A DNA stretch of 16,422 bases from Nitrosopumilaceae archaeon. Lineage in GTDB: Archaea > Thermoproteota > Nitrososphaeria > Nitrososphaerales > Nitrosopumilaceae. Position 1 is the first letter of the stretch. The number at the start of each line of letters is the position of its first letter. Below the pieces are notes generated by a model. The model was not told where the DNA came from. It saw only the letters and a list, made by a program, of their open reading frames with translations, and made no database searches. Shown piece by piece: positions 8,876-16,422 of the stretch. The stretch is from NCBI GenBank assembly GCA_965200155.1, contig CBDATR010000030.1:1-16422 (forward strand). The letters are read 5' to 3'. Made by a program: the position numbers and the translations under genes.

Positions 8876-10083
8876 CTCTTCTCACCTCCCTTGGCTTGTG
8901 GAATGTAGGCTGTCTTACCCTCAATAACTGTGGTCTTAATCATACCAGATCGCTCCATTATCTCAATGACATGTCTCACTTTGTACGCATCAGTCCTATC
9001 CATCAAGAATGCATTTAGCCTGGATGCAGCAACGCCTCGTTTACCCTCGCGTACGAATGTAGTCCACAGATAGTGAAACGCTTCACTAATGGTGGCGCTG
9101 TCACCGCCTGAAGACATCGTCTTGAAGATGTCCTCCATATTCGCCTCGGCCTCAGTCAACCAGCGCACCGACCTCTTCACATGCGCTTCCTCGATCAGCA
9201 TCGAACCGCCTTGGCTAGCACTAGCCACCTGACACAGCTTCAACACATGCGCTGTGCGACGCTCGTTGTAGTTACTAAGCTTGGGATGAGAGGGGCGCGG
9301 CTCACCTCCCGACAGGTGCCACCTGTTGATGTAATCCTTGGCATCATCGGCCCATTTAAATCTCCCTGACATGTTGTTAATGAGATTCAAATCTTTGTAC
9401 AGGCGTTCAAGGTTTAGGTTGGAGACTGTAAACAAGTCCTGTTGGATCTTCTCACCACTGTATACGAGTATGCACCGGGACATGAAGCCCTGTTCCCATG
9501 CCACTTCAGGCAGCAGCGAGTGTAGGAAGCCAGGCTGTGTGCCGCATAGCATATTCAGGTATGGATTTGGGATGTTAATCTTCAGACCACCACCGCGCTT
9601 CCTCTCCGTATACACTTTGCAGTCATACAAGTCGGTTAGATGAGACATGAACTCGAGGTCGTAGGATGGCAGCAGGACACCTAGCTCGTTAACCGAGGCG
9701 AGCAGCGCATTGTATTCGTACGCGCCCGACACTACTTTGGCGTCCTGCAAGCTGTCCGTAAGAGAGGCGCGGGACATGTTCGCCGAAGCTATGTGCAGCC
9801 CGTCGACCGAAGTCCACGCTTGGCGCACCCTGTCCGTCACCTCTGTCTTACCCACCCCAGGTCTCGCACACAGTATGACATAGAGATTTGGGTATAGGTT
9901 TGAACCGAGGGTGTGCACATGGACCTTGCGCTCCAGCACTCCAGCGATGCAGCTAATGGCACCCCATAGCCGAAAGCACTGGGGTGCAGTGGTCTGGTTG
10001 GTGGCTTCTATGAATGCATCAACCCAGTCCCCGAAGTCCCGTTCATACTTTTTGGAGCCCGGTTGGGTTGTGCTCTTCGTCAT
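8872..10083 (-). CDS. DUF3987/YfjI-like P-loop ATPase, putative replicative helicase
   Basis: Walker A ARPGVGKT, Walker-B-like LASVNE, GTQP, GFMSR arginine-finger-like motif, probable C-terminal winged helix; follows the polymerase. Start uncertain (10140, 10083, or ~10046 if one base is missing). Confidence 0.7.
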   Translation of the reverse strand: MTKSTTQPGSKKYERDFGDWVDAFIEATNQTTAPQCFRLWGAISCIAGVLERKVHVHTLGSNLYPNLYVILCARPGVGKTEVTDRVRQAWTSVDGLHIASANMSRASLTDSLQDAKVVSGAYEYNALLASVNELGVLLPSYDLEFMSHLTDLYDCKVYTERKRGGGLKINIPNPYLNMLCGTQPGFLHSLLPEVAWEQGFMSRCILVYSGEKIQQDLFTVSNLNLERLYKDLNLINNMSGRFKWADDAKDYINRWHLSGGEPRPSHPKLSNYNERRTAHVLKLCQVASASQGGSMLIEEAHVKRSVRWLTEAEANMEDIFKTMSSGGDSATISEAFHYLWTTFVREGKRGVAASRLNAFLMDRTDAYKVRHVIEIMERSGMIKTTVIEGKTAYIPQAKGGEKR

Positions 10084-11482
10084 AATCACCCCAGTTGCTT
10101 CCTGTCTTAGCTTCGACAGGAACATAGAATTCCCTGTCACCCTTCAATATGAGAGTATATGCGTCGGTCATGGTCTGTTTAATCTTGGGGATGAGATGTT
10201 CGTGTTTGATGGGTAGTTGGAATAGGATGCTATCATGTACTTGTACTAGTAGCTGGACGCTAGGGTAGGTGCGCCACACTGCTTCTAGGGCGGCATCGAT
10301 CTGATGTCCTGTCATGCTTTGTGGCTCGTAGGCTAGCATCTCACGAAGCGTCGCGTCCTCTTTGCTGCGTCCCCAGAACCTCCGCCTTCGACCGTACAAG
10401 GTGGTGAGTGTGGCGGGGTAATCGTTCATTTGTGCGGCGACCCACTGGTGCCACATCTTGATGCAGGGGAAGCTTTGGAAGTAGAGTCTTTGGAAGTTCT
10501 TGACAATCTGCGTCGGTATGCTGACTCGCTTTCCAAGTGATACAGGAGACGCAAAGTAGTTGGTAGCATGGCCCAATTTCTTCGCCGTTTGTCTATAAGA
10601 TTCATTACGATAGTAGGTGTCCAACACATCAGTAATCCCGGGCCACACAAGAAGACAAACAGAGGTATGTAGATCGCTGCTTTCACAAGCGTCAAGGTAC
10701 CTTCCAGCAGTATCTTTGCCAAATTCTTCCACGAAGAGTTCATAACATTTAGCTCCTACATTACGGCTATCAGCCTGTTCAAGATCCACATTCACCAACA
10801 CATGGCCCTTGTCAGCTACAAAGCATGTGCGCAACCTTCGATCAACGTTTTGCAGGTTCGTCCCCGAACCAAAATCAGAAGCCCTGCTTGCAAGTCTCCC
10901 AGTATTAGTACCGGCTACATTAAAGCTGGTGTAGAGACGATCGCCTCCCGTTGTCTTGTTGAGGAAGCCGATCTGCTTCCAGATGTCTCGCATCGCCGCT
11001 ATGAGGATGGCGAAGGGAATGGCTGTGTAGTGTTGTTTCAATTTCTCGAGGGCCTCGAGGTCAACAGAAGGAGCCCACACACCCTTGGTATTGCGCTTCT
11101 TTACCGTTGGCAGCGCCAAGTATTCGTAGAACAGTTCCTTTACTTGCTTAGGGCTCCGATAATTAAACCTTCGGTTAAAGACGCCATCACAGAGCATCTC
11201 ATATTTACTAAGTAGGTTGGCGTGATCTGCGGTGAGCCGCTTCAATAGCCGGGCTACCTGGGCGGGGGACATGCGAACACCTCGCAGCTCCATCTCCATG
11301 ATAGGCACCTGCTTTTGCAGCGCGAACCGATAGGTCCAGCCAACCTCACTAGGGGCACGCTCTATCTGTTCATGCAAGTCAGTGAAGAGCTCATAGGTGA
11401 CAAGACAATCAATGCCGTTGTAGAACCACGCAACCTCGTCCTTGTTGCGTGGCACAGCCCTCGTTAAATCATAGACGGTCAT
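10043..11482 (-). CDS. Family A DNA polymerase, polymerase domain plus ExoIII helix only (479 aa)
   Basis: SPKQVKELFY, TNTGRLAS, NLQNV, motif A (DLEQADSR), motif B (RQTAKKLGHATNY), TLYGRRR, motif C (QVHDSI); N-terminal YNGID matches ExoIII YxxxD. Confidence 0.93.
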   Translation of the reverse strand: MTVYDLTRAVPRNKDEVAWFYNGIDCLVTYELFTDLHEQIERAPSEVGWTYRFALQKQVPIMEMELRGVRMSPAQVARLLKRLTADHANLLSKYEMLCDGVFNRRFNYRSPKQVKELFYEYLALPTVKKRNTKGVWAPSVDLEALEKLKQHYTAIPFAILIAAMRDIWKQIGFLNKTTGGDRLYTSFNVAGTNTGRLASRASDFGSGTNLQNVDRRLRTCFVADKGHVLVNVDLEQADSRNVGAKCYELFVEEFGKDTAGRYLDACESSDLHTSVCLLVWPGITDVLDTYYRNESYRQTAKKLGHATNYFASPVSLGKRVSIPTQIVKNFQRLYFQSFPCIKMWHQWVAAQMNDYPATLTTLYGRRRRFWGRSKEDATLREMLAYEPQSMTGHQIDAALEAVWRTYPSVQLLVQVHDSILFQLPIKHEHLIPKIKQTMTDAYTLILKGDREFYVPVEAKTGSNWGDYDEEHNPTGLQKV

Positions 11483-11943
11483 TCAAAGATAGCCTTTTGA
11501 GGCTTGCGTCCTTGCATCTGATACTTGCCGGTGTATGTGTTGAGAGGAGGTGATGATAGTTGATGGAACACGATCTGCGCTATGGGTTCGCCAGCGTGTA
11601 CCAGCACATCCAACTCACTATGATTCGTCGCCTCAAGGGTGAGCCATCCTTCCCAACCTGGTTCGATCACTGTGTTCTGCAGGGCGAGACCAAGGCGTGC
11701 CCATGTGGACTTGTCGTGTACGAATGCGATCAGATTATTGGGCATCACGAAGCGCTCCCATGACACCAGCAATGCAAAGCCACCCGCACTGATGGGAGTA
11801 TCTTCACCATTGCGGATGTCATACCCTGCGCTTGACAGCCCGTAGCTCTTACCGTAGGCTTTCATCTTCTCCAAGTAAGCGGGGCGTACCATATGATCCT
11901 CCAGATACGGTGTCAGGCATCTGTCACTCAACACTGTCATCAT
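11479..11943 (-). CDS. dcd: dCTP deaminase (trimeric dUTPase superfamily)
   Basis: LSD, SYGLSSAGYDIR, DKSTWARLG (catalytic S/R), IEPGWEGWLTLE (catalytic E), PIAQIVF, YTGKYQ. Confidence 0.88.
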   Translation of the reverse strand: MMTVLSDRCLTPYLEDHMVRPAYLEKMKAYGKSYGLSSAGYDIRNGEDTPISAGGFALLVSWERFVMPNNLIAFVHDKSTWARLGLALQNTVIEPGWEGWLTLEATNHSELDVLVHAGEPIAQIVFHQLSSPPLNTYTGKYQMQGRKPQKAIFE

Positions 11944-12944
11944 CAGTCTCCTTTCTTATCTGTCTTGCTCTCTTGTCGCATGAACTTCCACGCAGGGCGA
12001 TTGGTGTACATACTCGCGAGATAGCCGAGGCCTTTCTCAAGCTCGGGCTCGAGGGTGTGGTGCATCAGCATTGTGTCGTGTGCCCAGTTGTTGCACGCAA
12101 TGCCCATCGCCTGCCACAAATACTTCATATCATAGGCGAAGTTTTGGCCGATCAGTCTCTTGCTCTCACACACCTGCTTCACTATGCGCCATGCTTCAGC
12201 CTCGAGCCCTGCGTTGGGCCAGTATGATTCGTTGGGGCGCTTAAAGAATGGGATGCACACTGCCTCTGTGGATGAGATGGCGAAGCCTATTTCTGTGATG
12301 GTGCCACCCTCGGTCTCGATATCGCACACTACATACGGCGCCGGTGCGATGCGTACCAAGTAGTATAGCATTAGCTCTTCTATACCCCTATCATCTGGCG
12401 ACGGGACGAACAGCTGACTGGTTGTCTTGTGGATGTGAGGGCTGCCCATCTCCTGCCGTGCTTTGGCTAGGTCCATCATGAAGGTGGGCATGAGTTTGTA
12501 GTTGCGCAGGACCATGGCAGGGTGCCAGGTCGCCAAGCACTTCTGTCCGTCCTTCGTCTCGAAGAGATAGCCTCGCCTCTTCGCTATGCCTGCATTCCCC
12601 GTTAATGCCCACAATGCTGTGCTACCTAGTGCTAGCACCAGATCTGATTTGTAGGCGTGCAGTTCCTCTTTAAGCCTCACCAGCTCCTGCTCATATTCTG
12701 CTCGCACATATTTGCCGGGCGCCAGCGGTCCGTACCCCTTAATGCCCTCCTCTTTACTCGCGCAAAGGCTCTCGATGTTGTTGCGTTCAGGCCGCAGGTT
12801 AAACACATTGGTCATGTGGCTGACATCCTGTGGAGCGATGCCTACCTTTTGCATGACCTGTTTGAGGAGCCAGCCACTGGGACCTACGAAAGGCAGGCCT
12901 TGCAGTTCCTCCTGCTCACCCCACGCCTCCCCCACCACCAGCAC
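11943..12944 (-). CDS. Family 4-like uracil-DNA glycosylase domain fused to a partial DnaQ-like 3'-5' exonuclease (N-terminal half of an SPO1-type DNA polymerase)
   Basis: UDG motifs VGEAWGEQE..GLPFVGPSG, TNV...RP, VLALGSTA, TWHPAMVLR; then ExoI CDIET, ExoII GQNFAYD, HDTMLMHH and GLGYLAS; stops before an ExoIII motif. GTG start overlaps upstream TAG. Confidence 0.88.
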   Translation of the reverse strand: MLVVGEAWGEQEELQGLPFVGPSGWLLKQVMQKVGIAPQDVSHMTNVFNLRPERNNIESLCASKEEGIKGYGPLAPGKYVRAEYEQELVRLKEELHAYKSDLVLALGSTALWALTGNAGIAKRRGYLFETKDGQKCLATWHPAMVLRNYKLMPTFMMDLAKARQEMGSPHIHKTTSQLFVPSPDDRGIEELMLYYLVRIAPAPYVVCDIETEGGTITEIGFAISSTEAVCIPFFKRPNESYWPNAGLEAEAWRIVKQVCESKRLIGQNFAYDMKYLWQAMGIACNNWAHDTMLMHHTLEPELEKGLGYLASMYTNRPAWKFMRQESKTDKKGD

Positions 12945-14203
12945 TATTCACCTCTTTCCAATATGGAGCCGAGATGTAGGCGTGCGTCTTTGTAGATGGC
13001 TGGGTCAATCTCGAGACCGAGAGCATACTTGGACTGGTTGATACGCGCTGCCTTGACGGACGATGCACTGCCGCAGGTGGGGTCGAGCATCCTAGTCTCG
13101 CCACGCTTAACAAACATGTTGAAGAAGTGCATCAGTATATAGAAAGGCTTCTCATTGCGATGCCACTTATTAGACACAGGGCCAGCGTATACATCGTCCA
13201 CCACTCTCCTTATGTGACGGTCACCTACCGTGGCGATGAGCGCAGTCTCATACACATGCCTCGCATCGTAGTATGGGTTTGGTGACACGCCCTTGCCATC
13301 TGACTTGTGCCAGATCAGGGGTGTGTGTTTGACTGTGAACCCAGCGTCCTGCAGCAGCACACGCGTTTCTTGTAAGTATTTGGTGGCACACCAGAACATC
13401 AGGTGCGAGTTCGGGGCTATGATACCCATGTCCCGAGCCTCTGATAGACCGAGGATGAGACGCGTGAATATGTCGAAGCTATCACTGTATTGGGACTGAT
13501 GTTCTGATGATAGCTGATCGCCTGACTTGTCGATTTCGATACCGTAGGGGAAATCGCAATGGATGAAGTCAAACGGCAGGCCTTCATAGGTATGTATCCA
13601 CTTGAGGAAATCCTCATTGAGGAGCTCACAGGGTCCACGAACCACCTCCTTACTCTGCGTCGGTGCAGGACTGCTGGATAGGTCGAGTGCATTTAGAGCC
13701 TCACGCTGATCCCGCATCTTATTCTTGGCCATGGCCTTGAGTGCGGATCCACGCTTATCCAGACCCGCGATGTTGTTGTCATCCTTCACCGCTTGCGCGA
13801 TATTGAGATCTTCACTTAGCTTGGACTTACTCACACCCAGTTCGAGGGCTAGTTCGACGACACTGATGCCGGGTTCCTCGTTGCGACGCATCTCGCAGTA
13901 CCGGTACACAGCATCCGTATGCTCTTGCCATGTCAGGTTCTTACGCTTTGCGTTCTCCTCGAGCTCAATCAGTTCCTTCTCAATCTCCGTCAAGTTAGAT
14001 AGGAGGCGGGTCTCGATCATATCCATGCCGAGTGCTTTGCATGCACGCAGCCTGCGTTCCCCCGCGATCAGTACATTATTCTCATCGACTACGATAGGGT
14101 TTATGAGGCCAGCGTTTGCGATGGACTTAGCCAGCTCCTCGATGTCGCCCATATCAGAACGCTGCCTTTCTGGCAGCACTCTCACCTCTTCAATTGGTAT
14201 CAC
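12944..14203 (-). CDS. ParB/Srx N-terminal domain fused to a beta-class amino (N6-A/N4-C) DNA methyltransferase
   Basis: ELAKSI...GLINPIVV...LIAGERRLRA...EENAKRKNL plus HTH (LALELGVSKSKLS); C-half has DFIHCDFPYG (motif IV variant), LIWHK, HRNEKP and LDPTCGSAS (motif I variant), GLEID, in motif IV-before-I order. Confidence 0.85.
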   Translation of the reverse strand: MIPIEEVRVLPERQRSDMGDIEELAKSIANAGLINPIVVDENNVLIAGERRLRACKALGMDMIETRLLSNLTEIEKELIELEENAKRKNLTWQEHTDAVYRYCEMRRNEEPGISVVELALELGVSKSKLSEDLNIAQAVKDDNNIAGLDKRGSALKAMAKNKMRDQREALNALDLSSSPAPTQSKEVVRGPCELLNEDFLKWIHTYEGLPFDFIHCDFPYGIEIDKSGDQLSSEHQSQYSDSFDIFTRLILGLSEARDMGIIAPNSHLMFWCATKYLQETRVLLQDAGFTVKHTPLIWHKSDGKGVSPNPYYDARHVYETALIATVGDRHIRRVVDDVYAGPVSNKWHRNEKPFYILMHFFNMFVKRGETRMLDPTCGSASSVKAARINQSKYALGLEIDPAIYKDARLHLGSILERGE

Positions 14204-14230
14204 TCTCAGTTACTCCGGCTCTCAATTATG

Positions 14231-14261
14231 AAAGGAAAGGGAGGGAGCCGAAGCTCCCTCC
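14231..14261 (-). terminator. GC-rich hairpin with C(UUCG)G tetraloop, probable weak intrinsic terminator
   Basis: Minus strand reads GGAGGGAGC-TTCG-GCTCCCTCC then CTTTCCTTT; perfect 9-bp stem 8 nt after the SSB-like stop codon; U-tract interrupted. Confidence 0.7.
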
Positions 14262-14269
14262 AGAAAATG

Positions 14270-14767
14270 CTAGCGAATATCCTCACCCATCTGTGCGAGT
14301 GAAAGCGTACGGCTGATGCGTACATTCATAGCCTCTGGGTTGTCCTTACGAGGCTCAATCGTCAACTGTCCTATGAACTCCATGCCCTCGATCCTGTCGA
14401 GCTGTGACAGCAAAGACTCATCATCCTCTGCCTCGATCCCAAGGAGGTTGATGAAGTTCTGAAGCTGGAAGCTCGTCTGCTGATTGCTCCTTTCCGCATC
14501 TGGATCATCAGACTGATTGAAGATGAAGGTGTGCCTCACATTGATTGTCTCAACGCTCGCCCCGTAGTCGTCCAGCTCCCTATCATCGACATCGACCTGT
14601 GCTGCCAGTGCCTTGCAAGGGACTTCAAGGAAGGCCCAAGCGCCATCTCGTGATTCTCGTGTAGTGTGTTTTCTTGATACGACAAACCTATAGTGTCCAG
14701 CTGGAGGATGTGGAGGGCGCTTGATGTCTGCTTTCTTTGCTTCGAGTCTTTCTAGTATACCAACCAT
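14270..14767 (-). CDS. Putative single-stranded DNA-binding protein (DUF669-like)
   Basis: PPAGHYRFVV N-terminal motif, acidic composition, beta-rich pattern, position directly after a Sak4-like ATPase and before a hairpin; AAGGA upstream. Confidence 0.55.
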   Translation of the reverse strand: MVGILERLEAKKADIKRPPHPPAGHYRFVVSRKHTTRESRDGAWAFLEVPCKALAAQVDVDDRELDDYGASVETINVRHTFIFNQSDDPDAERSNQQTSFQLQNFINLLGIEAEDDESLLSQLDRIEGMEFIGQLTIEPRKDNPEAMNVRISRTLSLAQMGEDIR

Positions 14768-14773
14768 CTATGT

Positions 14774-15514
14774 TTATCCTTTAAGTGTGTTGAAAATGTC
14801 GACCAATCCTGTAGAGATTGGGTAACTAGGCTTCAGCCTTTTAGGGGCTGAATTCTTAACATTAGTAACAGCGTCACTAATGGTAGAAATGACATGCTTC
14901 ACCTGTCTACCAGATCCTAGCTTGTCATACCTAAATACCTCGTTGAAATGTCGAGGTATCTTATCACCCAGTGCTTTGCCTACACTGGATGCATAGCCCC
15001 GCACCATATCTTCGGATACTTCACGGTAGTCTATGTGTGTTATTGTTATTGAGTGGCAGGGGAATTCGCTATGTGTGAGGACCTCGATGAATGGCTCGAC
15101 CACCTCCTGCGCATTCATGTAATGCGCTCGGTTGTCCTTGAGGCCTGGGTTCTGTGCCTTCGCCCAGATCAGGCACGCCCTGCCTAGTGCAGTCAGGCTG
15201 TCCACCACTATCACATCATCGGGCGCGGCTTCCTTCTGCCACTTCTCCAGCGTCATCCCAATCTGCGTCAGCGTATGTTGTCCCTTCAAAGGTTTGGCCC
15301 CACCCACACCAATGCTGAACTTGGGGGCCATGCTCTCAATGATCAGTTGTCCAGCTCGCTCGGGGCACTCATCCTTTATAAAGTTTCGTAGTATTTTTGA
15401 GCCATTTTCGAGGTCTAGGAGACGGAGGGTGTAACCTGCGTGTATGAGGGATATGAGACTGCCAGTCTTACCGGTGCCTGTATCACCTAGCAGGAGGAGA
15501 TGGTTCTTGTCCAT
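14774..15514 (-). CDS. AAA_24/Sak4-like ATPase (putative recombinase)
   Basis: Walker A GDTGTGKT, LDLENG, Walker B VIVVDSLT, ITH motif; 246 aa; between nuclease and SSB-like gene. Confidence 0.75.
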   Translation of the reverse strand: MDKNHLLLLGDTGTGKTGSLISLIHAGYTLRLLDLENGSKILRNFIKDECPERAGQLIIESMAPKFSIGVGGAKPLKGQHTLTQIGMTLEKWQKEAAPDDVIVVDSLTALGRACLIWAKAQNPGLKDNRAHYMNAQEVVEPFIEVLTHSEFPCHSITITHIDYREVSEDMVRGYASSVGKALGDKIPRHFNEVFRYDKLGSGRQVKHVISTISDAVTNVKNSAPKRLKPSYPISTGLVDIFNTLKG

Positions 15515-16416
15515 CAGTCTCTCACCTCTCTCACGAAGGTTTGCTGTGATGGAGGCAAGGCCTCAGTCAGGTAGGCCTTGCGCATGGCTGGTGATATGCT
15601 GCACACCTCACGGAACTCGCAGCCTTGGAAGTAACCACATGCGCTCGGGTTCTGCGGCCAGTCCGCTTCATTGTGGGGATCTTTGTCTTTGACTGCCTCG
15701 ATCTCGAGCGTGACGCCATTCAACCATTCGTCTAGCTGATCCTTGGTGCGTGAGACCACGCCGCGCATCATCTTCACGCTCCCGCTCTTCATCACCTGCA
15801 CTGCATCGATGAGGAAGCGAGCCGCCGGCTTGTTGAAGACAATGTAGGCGGCGAGCATGTATAGACTCATCTGGTTATTGGGAGTCCATGTCTTGAAGTA
15901 CATGGGACTCAGCGATGACTTCGTTGTCTTCTGATCGAGCAGGATAAGCTCGTCGTCTCGCTTGAGGACGAGGTCAAGGCGGCCACAGAAGGTGAGGTTG
16001 TTGGTGTCGAAGAGGAAAGATTGTTCCGTACGCCATACACTCGGACCGTCCAGCTCATAGTACTGGTCGAAGTATTCGACGAGCGCAGTGATCAATGCCT
16101 TGCGAGTCTTCACTTCTTCAGAGGGGAACTGCTTGCTATAATACTTACTGTTGCGCATGGCGAACATGATAGTGTTGTTCAGTGTTGACTCGTAGTCTGG
16201 ATCACGATGCTTGTAGAAGTATTCGATGGATGAGGCGAACAGTCCACCGAAGGCCAAGTCGGCGCTCGCAGTCTTGGACCTCCAGCCCTGCAGGATTGTA
16301 TAATAGTAGTAGCGTTTGCATTTTTGAAGGGCAGTGATTGATGATGCATTCCATATAGTCTGTCGTCCATCATCATCAAACATCTTGTAGTCGTATCTAT
16401 TCACAGTCTTGCTCAC
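15514..16416 (-). CDS. PD-(D/E)XK Cas4/RecB-like exonuclease with putative Fe-S cluster
   Basis: SSITALQKCKR, E...GRLD...DQKT, QMSLY, C-terminal CGYFQGCEFREVC (1+3 Cys arrangement). Start is at the window edge and uncertain. Confidence 0.85.
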   Translation of the reverse strand: MSKTVNRYDYKMFDDDGRQTIWNASSITALQKCKRYYYYTILQGWRSKTASADLAFGGLFASSIEYFYKHRDPDYESTLNNTIMFAMRNSKYYSKQFPSEEVKTRKALITALVEYFDQYYELDGPSVWRTEQSFLFDTNNLTFCGRLDLVLKRDDELILLDQKTTKSSLSPMYFKTWTPNNQMSLYMLAAYIVFNKPAARFLIDAVQVMKSGSVKMMRGVVSRTKDQLDEWLNGVTLEIEAVKDKDPHNEADWPQNPSACGYFQGCEFREVCSISPAMRKAYLTEALPPSQQTFVREVRD

Positions 16417-16422
16417 AGCTTG

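Noticed and set aside
11479-11943. dcd region as an intron or intein within the polymerase
   Set aside because: No flanking non-coding sequence for a ribozyme core, no intein terminal residues or homing endonuclease; normal coupled start and stop codons.
13725-14231. 168-aa + strand ORF antisense to the ParB domain
   Set aside because: Ser-rich mirror of Glu/Asp/Leu codons on the coding strand; no motifs; typical shadow ORF.
15514-16416. Cas4-like gene as evidence of a CRISPR-Cas system
   Set aside because: No repeat-spacer array or other cas genes seen; solo Cas4-like nucleases are common in phage replication modules.

Overview
Fragment of a tailed dsDNA phage genome (probably podovirus-like, probably with a proteobacterial host) spanning the junction of two convergent, tightly packed gene arms. 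The + arm (1-8450) carries late genes: a >1,200-aa internal virion/ejection-type protein broken by clustered single-base indels, two small structural-type proteins, an ~864-aa tail fibre/spike, two small membrane proteins (one absent from the ORF track), a 3-TM holin and a GH24 endolysin. The - arm (16416-8447) is one replication/recombination operon: Cas4-like PD-(D/E)XK nuclease, Sak4-like ATPase, putative SSB, a UUCG hairpin, ParB-methyltransferase fusion, UDG/3'-5' exonuclease gene, dCTP deaminase, family A polymerase, DUF3987-like ATPase/helicase and a cupin. The most striking features are (i) an SPO1-type UDG-exo-pol polymerase split into two genes through its proofreading active site (ExoI/ExoII in one gene, ExoIII in the other) with a dCTP deaminase gene at the split, (ii) non-canonical nucleotide-selection residues in that polymerase, and (iii) a surrounding cluster of cytosine/uracil-related enzymes that may form a DNA-modification or nucleotide-editing module. 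All family assignments come from motif reading by eye; no searches were run.
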